Shown here: piece by piece, positions 21,113 through 29,195 of the stretch
Position numbering within the stretch: the stretch's first letter is position 1
Layout: every line of letters begins with the position of its first letter
Source: Denitrobaculum sp.
Lineage (GTDB): Bacteria > Pseudomonadota > Alphaproteobacteria > Kiloniellales > Kiloniellaceae
NCBI GenBank assembly: GCA_965225735.1
Contig: CBDDBN010000025.1
Coordinates: 169,963-201,962 of the forward strand
Direction of reading: 5' to 3'
DNA: 32,000 nt
Notes under the pieces: generated by a model
The model's database searches: none
What the model was told of the DNA's origin: nothing
What the model saw: only the letters and a program-made list of their open reading frames with translations
Made by a program: the position numbers and the translations under genes

Positions 21113-22201
21113 TTATTCGGCAATTGCTGCGGCAGCCGCCTGCGGGACGCCTTGCGCCGCGGAACCGCCGGACGCCAGCTCCGCCCGGATCGCGTCGCTG
21201 TCCATATCCGCCTCGCCGATCACCACCAGCCGGGTGGACTGAATCTCCGCCGGCTGCCAGTCGCGGTCGTAGTAATGCTGCAGCCGCCCGCCAACGCCCT
21301 GAAGCACCAGGCGCATGTCCTTGCCGGCAACCTTGGCGAAGCCCTTGACCCGCAGGATGCCGTGCCGGGCGATCACCGGCAGCAGGCGCGCGACCAGGCT
21401 CTGCGGCGTCTCGACCTCGCCCAGGTCCACGGCGAAGGAAGTGAAGTCGTCATGGTCATGCTCGTGGCCATCGTCGTGGTGGCTGGGCCGGGAGTCCAGA
21501 TCGTCCTCGGCGGCGGCTTCCAGGCCCAAAAGAACCTGTGCGTCGACCTTGCCGTAAGAACTGCGCACCACCTTGACCTCGGGCCGGATCTCTTTCTTCA
21601 CGTCGCCCAGAACCTGCTCCAGCGCCGTCTCGTCCAGCAGGTCGGTCTTGTTGATCACCACCATGTCGGCGCAGGAGATCTGCTCCTCGAAAAGCTCCTC
21701 CAGCGGGCTTTCGTGATCGAGCGACTCGTCGGCCTTGCGCTGGGCATCCACCGCCGCCGGGTCGCTGGCGAAGAGGCCATCGGCCACCGCTGGGCCATCG
21801 ATCACGGTGATCACGCCGTCGACCGTCACCTTGGTGCGGATTTCCGGCCAGTTGAAGGCCTTGACCAGGGGCTTGGGCAGCGCGAGGCCGGAGGTCTCGA
21901 TGACAATATGGTCCGGCGGCTCGGGCCGGTTCAGTAGGGTCTCGATGGTCGGAATGAAGTCGTCGGCCACGGTGCAGCAGATGCAGCCGTTGGGCAACTC
22001 CAGCACCGCGTCTTCCTCGCAGCCCTCGATACCGCAGCCCTTGACGATCTCGCCGTCGACGCCCAGGTCGCCGAACTCGTTGATCACCAGGGCGATGCGC
22101 TTGCCGCCGGCGGTCTCCAGCAGGTGGCGGATGGTGCTGGTCTTACCGGCACCCAGGAAGCCGGTGATAACGGTTGCCGGGATTTTATTCGATTGGGACA
22201 T
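21113..22201 (-). CDS. cobW: Cobalamin biosynthesis metallochaperone GTPase CobW (COG0523)
   Basis: P-loop GFLGAGKTS, CxCC motif (GCICCTV) and the His/Asp-rich stretch SRPSHHDDGHEHDHDDF typical of CobW. 362 aa. Confidence 0.9.
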   Translation of the reverse strand: MSQSNKIPATVITGFLGAGKTSTIRHLLETAGGKRIALVINEFGDLGVDGEIVKGCGIEGCEEDAVLELPNGCICCTVADDFIPTIETLLNRPEPPDHIVIETSGLALPKPLVKAFNWPEIRTKVTVDGVITVIDGPAVADGLFASDPAAVDAQRKADESLDHESPLEELFEEQISCADMVVINKTDLLDETALEQVLGDVKKEIRPEVKVVRSSYGKVDAQVLLGLEAAAEDDLDSRPSHHDDGHEHDHDDFTSFAVDLGEVETPQSLVARLLPVIARHGILRVKGFAKVAGKDMRLVLQGVGGRLQHYYDRDWQPAEIQSTRLVVIGEADMDSDAIRAELASGGSAAQGVPQAAAAAIAE

Positions 22202-22237
22202 CAGATCTGCTCACCACTGCCTGTTTAGCTTTTATTA

Positions 22238-22792
22238 TCATGAGACCGGCGCTTTTACGGTCATGGGCAGTCCCGCGACCATGAAAACCACCGAATCCGC
22301 CACCGCCGCCACCGCCTGATGCAGGCGGCCGGCATGGTCTCGAAAGTCTCGCGCCAATCGGTTCATGGGCACAATCCCAAGACCGACTTCATTTGAAACA
22401 AAGACGACCGGCCCCGCGAGCTCCGGTAGGGCCTTCACCAGGGTCTCGATCTCCACCTCAATCTCCCGCTCCTCCGCCATGAGGTTGGAGAGCCAGAGGG
22501 TCAGGCAATCCACCAGGATCGGCCGGTCCGCCTGCGCTTCACGGGTCAGGACCCCGGCGAGGTCCAGAGGTTCTTCAATCGTCGACCAGCGCTCGCCCCG
22601 CCGTTCCTTGTGGGCCGCAATGCGCGCGGCCATCTCGGAGTCCCGTGACGCCTGCCCCACCGCGGTGGCGATATAGAGGCAGTCGCCAGTCCCAGATTCG
22701 ACCAACTGCTCCGCATGGCGGCTCTTGCCCGAGCGGGCGCCGCCCAGGATCAGAGAGACGGCGGGAAGCGTCGTGAGGTCGTTCGGAGACAC
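22238..22792 (-). CDS. cobU: Bifunctional adenosylcobinamide kinase / adenosylcobinamide-phosphate guanylyltransferase
   Basis: 184 aa with the P-loop LILGGARSGKSRHAE, plus the family's size and position. The start is GTG at 22792. An ATG at 22802 is out of frame. Confidence 0.88.
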   Translation of the reverse strand: MSPNDLTTLPAVSLILGGARSGKSRHAEQLVESGTGDCLYIATAVGQASRDSEMAARIAAHKERRGERWSTIEEPLDLAGVLTREAQADRPILVDCLTLWLSNLMAEEREIEVEIETLVKALPELAGPVVFVSNEVGLGIVPMNRLARDFRDHAGRLHQAVAAVADSVVFMVAGLPMTVKAPVS

Positions 22793-23161
22793 CGGAGTCC
22801 ATAAGCCTTCAGAATTGCAAAGTGGCGGCGAGTTTCCTTAGCGGGCACGGCCGGCGCAAGGACAAACTGAATGGGGCAGAAAATCGCAGAAAATCAACAA
22901 GATCGGGCTGTGGTTCGCGAAACCCACGCTAACGCATATCACGTTGAATTGCGGTCTCCGGCTGATCCGAACGCGTTGTGCTCCGCAAACGCTGCCTCGG
23001 ATCAGCCTGCAACCACACTTATTCAATAGAACGCGATACACGCTAAATTGTGATCGCCCTGTGTGTGGCCGTCTGGGGTACGCGAACCCAGATGATTAAC
23101 CACGAGGCTGCTAACTCGACCGCCTCATCTCCATGAGACGGTGCAACCGGGAAATTGAACC

Positions 23162-23908
23162 ATGCTGAAACGAACCGCTTTGACCACACTGCAGATCTTC
23201 GTGATTCTCGCCGTGATCACCTTCATGCTGACCTCCGCCGTACGCGCGGCGGGCTTCCACGCACCGGCGTCACAGGCCAAGGCCTTGTCCGACAACGCCC
23301 AAGCTCAGAGCGGCGAAGTCATCAAGGCCGGATACTTCAAAAAGCGCCACGGCCATCGGGGCTACGGCCACCGGAAGTTCGGTCATAAAAAGTTTGGCTT
23401 CCGGAAGTTTGGACACAAACGGAAGTTTGGTCATCGTAAGTTCGGGCACCGCAGCTACGGCCACAGAAGCTTCGGACACAAGAAATTCGGCTTCCGCAAG
23501 TTCGGCCATAAGCGGAAATTCGGCCACCGGAAATTCGGTCATGGCAAGTTCGGCTTCAAGCGCCACGGCCACAAGGGCTACAAACACTCAGGCTACGTGC
23601 ACAAAGGCTACGGCCATAAGGGTTACGCGTACAAAAGCCACCGACACGACAAACACAGTCACAAGAGCCATGGTTACCATCAGCTCAGCGACGGCAAGTT
23701 CGATTACGGCGCCAGCAGCTATAAATCCACCGGCCCCAAACACCACGGCCATAACTTCAAAAACGGCAACAGCCAGAAGAAATTCGCCGTCAAGGTCCTG
23801 CCCCGCCGCAAGCCCGCGGTGAAAAAATTCAACTACGGCAGCAGCAAGTTCAAACAGAAATCCCCGAAACACCACGGGCATGATTTTAGGAATGAGCCGA
23901 GGTATTGA
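23162..23908 (+). CDS. Secreted histidine-rich, hyper-basic (K/R)(K/R)(F/Y)G(H/F) repeat protein, function unknown
   Basis: 248-aa ORF with a signal peptide (MLKRTALTTLQIFVILAVITFMLTSAVRA|AG). Residues ~60-175 are a near-continuous array such as RKFGHKKFGFRKFGHKRKFGHRKFGH. I count about 30 His. There are two C-terminal copies of a K(F)(D/N)YG.SS(Y/F)K...PKHHGH(N/D)F module. The frame choice is supported by the signal peptide and by synonymous-only divergence between the internal repeats. Confidence 0.7.
   Translation: MLKRTALTTLQIFVILAVITFMLTSAVRAAGFHAPASQAKALSDNAQAQSGEVIKAGYFKKRHGHRGYGHRKFGHKKFGFRKFGHKRKFGHRKFGHRSYGHRSFGHKKFGFRKFGHKRKFGHRKFGHGKFGFKRHGHKGYKHSGYVHKGYGHKGYAYKSHRHDKHSHKSHGYHQLSDGKFDYGASSYKSTGPKHHGHNFKNGNSQKKFAVKVLPRRKPAVKKFNYGSSKFKQKSPKHHGHDFRNEPRY
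23366..23551 (+). repeat. Tandem 93-bp (31-codon) duplication inside the His-rich gene
   Basis: Unit 1 spans 23366-23458 (GHRKFGHKKFGFRKFGHKRKFGHRKFGHRSY). Unit 2 spans 23459-23551 (GHRSFGHKKFGFRKFGHKRKFGHRKFGHGKF). 27 of 31 residues are identical, and 19 of those 27 codons differ synonymously. Confidence 0.9.
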
Positions 23909-24452
23909 TGGGTGGCATATAGAAAAGGTTGTAAGACCCAATATAGCGATCTTACTTTTCCGCTAGTCAAACTCAAAAAATATCTAAACGCTCAACTCCA
24001 ATGGACAAACTTACCGCCCCATTCTTAGCTCGAAATTGAAGATAATCTTAGCGATCTAAGAATAACCAAGCGCTCCCGCGTAGAAGAACTCTACCTGAGA
24101 AATCCAGGGCAGCTCACTATGTCCCCGGCAATTGCGGAACCGGGAAAGTTCGTTTCCCAGCGCTCTCGATAACCTAATCGCCGACAAAGGTCGATCACAA
24201 AGCCACAGATGCTGTTTTCACACCTTTCGACGAGCACAGGGTCAAGTTAAAGGCTGTGGGGTTCCTCACATTCTACAACATGCATCAGTCACATAATCAA
24301 ACTTAGTTTTTACCTACTTCATACCATTACCCCGCGTTCGCCAGTGTCAAGAATCTCCGCAGCCTCGGAGTTGCCCTAGCCCGAAGTCTACCGCAACTCG
24401 CTAGCGAATGGTTTGGATCCGACGAACGGTTGGGAAATTGAGAGGCTCGGCG

Positions 24453-27263
24453 ATGAAAAAGTTCGCTTTGGTTGCACTAATTCTTTTGACCGCTTCTGCT
24501 TGTGGTAATCCGTACGGACTAAAATTCGACAGTGTTAACCTAGACGCCGATCAACAGAAAGGCGTAATCCAATTCACTGACCCCAAACTCTACAAGCGCG
24601 AAGCTCTTATTAACGAAAGGAAAAGAGAGCGAGCCTATCTCAAAAAACTACTGGACAAGACTGAAGAAGATACTTTCGCAATTGAACCCGAGATCGTTCG
24701 AGAACTCGAAACCATTCAAGCATTTTCAGCGAGCCTTGGCCTGAAAATTGATCCCACTGCGGGCGCCAACTTTCAAAGAGACACAGAAATAGCAGAACTC
24801 AAACATCAATTTGAGCTGACTCGTCTCGACATGCAGCTATCTCAATTGAAACGCGACGCCGAACTTCTCAACGACCAACTATCGAATCAACAAACGCTCT
24901 CCCAATCAGTTGGAACGCCTTCCGGCAGCACAACCGTAAACAGCAGTGTCACACCCCCAGATCCAACAACACTCATTACTAAGATCGAAGATCTTAGGGC
25001 CAAACTTGAAAACCGGCTTAATGCACAAGTCTCTCAACCGCGGAAAGTTTCCACTGCTGTCGCTGGACCTATAGACACGCTTAACGATATTTCCGCTTAT
25101 CGCAACGCTTTAAAGAGCGCAATGAACACAGTGAGCTTAGATGAATTGCACGACAAAGGAGGCAATTCCCTTTTTCGCGTGCAACTTAAAGCGACTGTGC
25201 TTCCGGGCGACAAAGATTATCTAGATACGCTCGGTGTCTTGCGGATGGAAATCGGAAAACCAACTTGGACGGTTGACGATAAGCGGGAGCTATATCTCAA
25301 ATGGCTCCTGCATGTGAACCGCAATCTCAATCTGGTTCCCGATCCCCAAAACGCAACGGATGAAAAACGGATAAGGACGAGCCCAGGTCTAGTCACTCTT
25401 GGACAGATTGGTGATCTCTACGAAATCACCTTACTGGAGATACCAAAGCAAGGAACGACTGAAATAAGCAATGATATTGGTGCTTTTCGGTGTAAAGGAG
25501 TTCAGCAAACGGAGCGCTTTCCAGATGCTTGTTGGTACGTCAGAGTAGCAACACCTCCACTATCGTCCAGTGGTGTTACTTTAGCTCAAATGCTTGACCA
25601 AAGCGTTCAGTTCTCTTCCCGAGTAACTGGCACACTACTTGGTGCACGCAAAAGCCTTATTGAGGGAAAAGGCTTCGACGGCATCCCACTTCCTGAAAGT
25701 ACATCAATCCTTAATATGGACTGCAAAACTTTCGTATCAGCCGAAAATGAAACGTTCATCCTGCAACGCACTGATGACCGGAACCGGAAAGGCACAACAC
25801 TAAAAGCTGCGTTAGTTCAGGCACAATCAGTTCGCACCTGGTGGCCCTATGCTTCTGCCGTTATCGGTTTCCTGACCGAGTTTCAATTCGGCAATGGCCC
25901 ATCGGAACAAGCCATTCCAAAACAACTCACCCAAGTATTGACGCGGTTCCGTTCGGTTCACGAAGCGGCAGGCGCATTTCTAATCGAGCTTGCAAAAAGA
26001 AACCCATCTTGCAAAGCACAGATCCTAACGCCGGCCATCACAGTCACTCCTGATGTTTTCAAAGCAATCATTGAAAGCGCAAATCCAAGAGTCTCAGTCT
26101 ACGATGTAGCTCCGACAGAGCGAGTCCAGAGGATATCGACAGCAGCTAGAGCAGCCGACGCTATCGCTCTTGCAGCTGCGGCAACCGGACAACTTCCGAG
26201 TCACGGTATTGGGTTGAGCGGCAATTTCGCTTATTCACGGACGGCAACTGGCAAGGCAGATGCATTGGAACGCGCACCACTTGTCGTTGGTTTCGCTGAG
26301 CCTGGAGCCGACACGAATCAACATAAACCTTCATTCGGCTGGCTTCTCGGGCCTCAGATTGGCTTGAATCCAGAGGACCAATCCCTCTTTCTAAGCCAGC
26401 GCGTAAAGCCTTATGAACTATATGCCGATCTGTCTTTGCCGGGTTGGTGGCCTCACTTCGAACTCAGGACTTTTACTGCTTGGGCACCCGAATGGCGTTC
26501 GACAACAGATGGTTCAACAATAACATCCGAGGCCCTTAAGCGCGTTGTAACAGTTCCGATGGAGCACAATGCCGCCGATCTTGATGGCTTAACATCCTTG
26601 ATCCTAGAAACAACCACCGGCGAACGCGTGGCATACCCCACCATACTCTCAATCGAACCACCTGAAGTATCAGCGTGCGCCGACAACATCGAACTCCAAG
26701 TACGCGGCGAAAACATCTGGCGGGCTTCCCTAGTCCATATCGGTGGTCTTGCTATCAAAGACGCAAGCATCGAAGTGCTTCCAGATATGCGAGGTGTATT
26801 GGTCTCCGTGCCCACTAAGGATATACCTAAAATCGACAATGGACAGAATCTCGTTACCGTATGGACCAAGGATGGCCCTGCTTCCTTCCCCATCTCTTTC
26901 GACAACAAACGCAAGGCCGATGGAACATGTGAAGCCCGAACGGCTCCAGCACCGCAGCCCAAAGGTCCGGTTATTACGAGTGTTGCGCCTTCTGCTATCT
27001 CTGTCTGCGATACTGACGCAGTTTTTACAGTAGTCGGAAAAAATCTTCAAAACATTGGCAGCGCAGTCTTAGGCACAATGACCGCAAGCAGCGTGAGCGA
27101 GGTCGGGCCTCGAAACGGCACGGTATTAGAGATCAAAGTGAACGGCATCGATGGAAAGAAAAAGATCGACGCCCTTCAATTCATAAACTTGGCTATCCGG
27201 ACGCCTAAAGGTGCCACAACTGCCGATATCAACGTCGTCCAGTCACCGACAAGATGCAAATAG
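24453..27263 (+). CDS. Large orphan lipoprotein (936 aa) with an N-terminal coiled-coil-like region and two C-terminal IPT/TIG-like Ig-fold domains
   Basis: The start is trimmed to ATG at 24453, with GAGAGG 8 nt upstream. The lipoprotein signal is MKKFALVALILLTASA|CGNPYG. A charged helical region covers roughly aa 55-210, followed by an S/T/P linker. At the C-terminus are YPTILSIEPPEVSACADNIELQVRGENI... and GPVITSVAPSAISVCDTDAVFTVVGKNL.... I recognised no catalytic motif. Confidence 0.8.
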   Translation: MKKFALVALILLTASACGNPYGLKFDSVNLDADQQKGVIQFTDPKLYKREALINERKRERAYLKKLLDKTEEDTFAIEPEIVRELETIQAFSASLGLKIDPTAGANFQRDTEIAELKHQFELTRLDMQLSQLKRDAELLNDQLSNQQTLSQSVGTPSGSTTVNSSVTPPDPTTLITKIEDLRAKLENRLNAQVSQPRKVSTAVAGPIDTLNDISAYRNALKSAMNTVSLDELHDKGGNSLFRVQLKATVLPGDKDYLDTLGVLRMEIGKPTWTVDDKRELYLKWLLHVNRNLNLVPDPQNATDEKRIRTSPGLVTLGQIGDLYEITLLEIPKQGTTEISNDIGAFRCKGVQQTERFPDACWYVRVATPPLSSSGVTLAQMLDQSVQFSSRVTGTLLGARKSLIEGKGFDGIPLPESTSILNMDCKTFVSAENETFILQRTDDRNRKGTTLKAALVQAQSVRTWWPYASAVIGFLTEFQFGNGPSEQAIPKQLTQVLTRFRSVHEAAGAFLIELAKRNPSCKAQILTPAITVTPDVFKAIIESANPRVSVYDVAPTERVQRISTAARAADAIALAAAATGQLPSHGIGLSGNFAYSRTATGKADALERAPLVVGFAEPGADTNQHKPSFGWLLGPQIGLNPEDQSLFLSQRVKPYELYADLSLPGWWPHFELRTFTAWAPEWRSTTDGSTITSEALKRVVTVPMEHNAADLDGLTSLILETTTGERVAYPTILSIEPPEVSACADNIELQVRGENIWRASLVHIGGLAIKDASIEVLPDMRGVLVSVPTKDIPKIDNGQNLVTVWTKDGPASFPISFDNKRKADGTCEARTAPAPQPKGPVITSVAPSAISVCDTDAVFTVVGKNLQNIGSAVLGTMTASSVSEVGPRNGTVLEIKVNGIDGKKKIDALQFINLAIRTPKGATTADINVVQSPTRCK

Positions 27264-27297
27264 CTCTGCTCTAGAACAGCGTGAGAGGAGAACCACC

Positions 27298-27492
27298 ATG
27301 GAAAGAGGCCGCGTTAAGTCATTTGGAGGCGGTCAAGGCACTATTGAACCTGATGAAACTGGGAAGCCGGATGTGTTTTTTCTGAGTACTGTTGTCGAGG
27401 GCTCCAAAACACCCGCTGTCGGCGCCGCTGTCGAATATAAACTTTATCAGAGTGGCGGCGAACCTGAAGCAAAGAGGGTGGTGATTATTTGA
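27298..27492 (+). CDS. 64-aa cold-shock-domain-like (OB-fold) protein with degenerate RNP motifs
   Basis: ATG at 27298 is preceded by GAGAGGAGAA. MERGRVKSFGGGQGTIEPDETGKPDVFFLSTVVEGSKTPAVGAAVEYKLYQSGGEPEAKRVVII aligns by eye to CspA (G.VK.F...G.G.I.PD..G.DVF...S......G..V.....G..P.A..V). It lies 34 nt downstream of the lipoprotein gene. Confidence 0.6.
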   Translation: MERGRVKSFGGGQGTIEPDETGKPDVFFLSTVVEGSKTPAVGAAVEYKLYQSGGEPEAKRVVII

Positions 27493-27653
27493 AGTCACTA
27501 AATGTATGACCAAAAACTATTGGGGAGCGTAGCGACCAACATTCCTTTCGTACATAGTAATTAGGCACGGATTTCTTGTTGCATTAAGAATCCAGTTTTA
27601 AAATCATGTTCGATAACCCGCGAAATTCCAGTGACACAGCACCCAAGTTTCGG

Positions 27654-27680
27654 CGCGAATTACAGAAACATAATGCTTAA
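27654..27680 (+). repeat. Left copy of a ~25-nt imperfect direct repeat flanking the IS (cgcgaattacagaaacataatgcttaa)
   Basis: It aligns with 29235-29259 at 23 matched positions with three 1-2 nt gaps. Confidence 0.6.
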
Positions 27681-27978
27681 TTATTCGGTCGGGCGAACTA
27701 CCTCTTTCTTTTAGAAATGACGATGAACTTGGCTGGAGAGTCAAGACATCGGGCGTTAAACCAGCAACCGATCACGCCCAAACAAGGACCCAATCCCGCT
27801 TGCTCGGTGACGATCTCATCGGACCGATCCAATTGAGCTATTGTGTCGTGTGTCTGGTCCGTGTGTCGGGGATATTGAAGCATCGGGGACATGGCCGTAA
27901 TCGCGGCTGGTCACGCTCCGAGCCTATAGTAGGGGTTCTGTGTTGAGCAGCCCCAGTAGGCCATGAAGGAGCGCGACC

Positions 27979-29007
27979 ATGGAGTATTATATCGGTTTGG
28001 ATGTGTCCCTGAAAGAAACCCATCTTTGTTTGGTCGATCAGGCAGGTAAGGTTCTTGGCCGGCGCCGGGAAGTGAGCCGTCCGGATCTTCTGGCTTCGGC
28101 GATCAGGTCTCTTGCGCCCGAGGTTCGGTTGGTTGTTCTGGAGACGGGTGGACAATCGAGTTGGCTGCAGCGCGAACTGAGCGCTTTGGGTGTGCCGGCG
28201 GTGATCGTCGATGCCCGACGCGCCAAAGCGGCCTTGAGTTGCCGGATGAACAAGAGCGATGCCAATGACGCGGAAGGCTTGGCGCAGTTGGCCCGCACCG
28301 GCTGGTACCGGGAAGTGGCCGCCAAGCGGCCGGAAGCGCGCCTGGCGCGGGCGTCTTTGCTGGCCCGTCAGCAACTGGCGAAGCAGCGGCGCGATCTGGA
28401 GAACTGCATCCGGGCGCTGTTGCGGGGTTTTGGTCTTCCTGTTGGGATGGTCAGCCGGCGCGGTTTCGAAGCGCGGGTGTGGGAGTTGCTGGGTAAGGAA
28501 ACTTTACTGGAAGAGGCCGTGGCGCCTCTGCTGCAGGCCCGCCGTGGCTTACTGGTTCAGATCGAGGTGCTGGAACGTGACATCAAGGCTCTGGCAGCGG
28601 CCTCTGCGGTCTGCACGCGCCTGATGAGCGTTCCCGGTGTGGGTCCTATGACGGCGCTGGCCTTTGTGAGCGCCATCGACGATCCGGACCGCTTTACACG
28701 CTCGAGCGCGGTGGGTGCCTATCTCGGCCTGACCCCTCGACGTCATCAATCGGGTGAAGTCGACTGGTCCGGCCGGATCTCCAAGCGGGGCGATGCGCTC
28801 GCGCGGCACATGCTCTATGAAGCGGCCAATGCCTTAATGGTCAGGACCAAGAAGTGGTCGGCCCCCAAGGCCTGGGCCTTGCGCAAGGCGGCCCGCATCG
28901 GCCCCAAGAAAGCTCGGGTGGCCCTGGCCCGCAAGCTTGCTGTGGTCCTGCACCGTATCTGGGTCGATGGCAGCGAATTCCGTTGGACGAAGGAGGAAAC
29001 CGCCTAA
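27979..29007 (+). CDS. IS110-family transposase (DEDD RuvC-like N-terminal domain plus Tnp_20 C-terminal domain)
   Basis: 342 aa. MEYYIGLDVSLKETHLCLVD, VVLETGG and NKSDANDAEGLAQL give the DEDD pattern. The C-terminal LMSVPGVGPMTALAFVSAIDDPDRF...YLGLTPRRHQSGEVDWSGRISKRGDALARHMLYEAA is the classic IS110 signature. AAGGAG is upstream. Confidence 0.95.
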   Translation: MEYYIGLDVSLKETHLCLVDQAGKVLGRRREVSRPDLLASAIRSLAPEVRLVVLETGGQSSWLQRELSALGVPAVIVDARRAKAALSCRMNKSDANDAEGLAQLARTGWYREVAAKRPEARLARASLLARQQLAKQRRDLENCIRALLRGFGLPVGMVSRRGFEARVWELLGKETLLEEAVAPLLQARRGLLVQIEVLERDIKALAAASAVCTRLMSVPGVGPMTALAFVSAIDDPDRFTRSSAVGAYLGLTPRRHQSGEVDWSGRISKRGDALARHMLYEAANALMVRTKKWSAPKAWALRKAARIGPKKARVALARKLAVVLHRIWVDGSEFRWTKEETA

Positions 29008-29176
29008 GGCACCAAATACACTAAGACCAGTTCCGTCCCCGCCGGGACGCGAGGCTCGGGCTCATCCCGCAAGTATTGTTGCGCCCCGAAAGGGACAAAC
29101 GCGTGGCAGGGACATTGGGAAGCCTGGACCTCTTGGAAGCCATCCTGCGGCGAGCCTCATGAAAGGCCCATCAGAC

Positions 29177-29195
29177 CGCGTAGACAACCATGATA
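29177..29195 (+). repeat. Internal third copy of the flank motif (cgcgtagacaaccatgata) in the IS 3' non-coding end
   Basis: It matches 29235-29254 (cgcgattagacaacataata) except for small indels and one substitution. It lies 170 nt after the transposase stop and 28 nt before the right subterminal IR. Confidence 0.55.

Noticed and set aside
22838-23041. 67-aa minus-strand ORF in the cobU leader, and a canonical cobalamin riboswitch call
   Set aside because: The ORF is Cys/Arg-rich, has no RBS and spans the hairpin region. As for the riboswitch, only a B12-box-like 13-mer and loose fragments were found, without the conserved core. I therefore report it as a question under findings rather than as a feature.
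23270-23941. Alternative-frame and antisense ORFs over the His-rich gene (23394-23822 plus strand; 23270-23587 and 23588-23941 minus strand)
   Set aside because: The repeat lacks stop codons in several frames, so open frames are expected by chance. Only the 23162 frame has a signal peptide. The inter-repeat differences are synonymous in that frame only.
24408-24452. Upstream start for the lipoprotein (MVWIRRTVGKLRGSA...) and, at 27211-27297, for the CSD-like gene
   Set aside because: In both cases the internal ATG has a strong GAGAGG-type Shine-Dalgarno. For the lipoprotein, the signal peptide begins at the internal Met. The 27211 start would overlap the lipoprotein coding end.
27838-28374. 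178-aa minus-strand ORF
   Set aside because: It is antisense to the IS110 transposase gene and R/P/Q-rich, so it is a shadow ORF.
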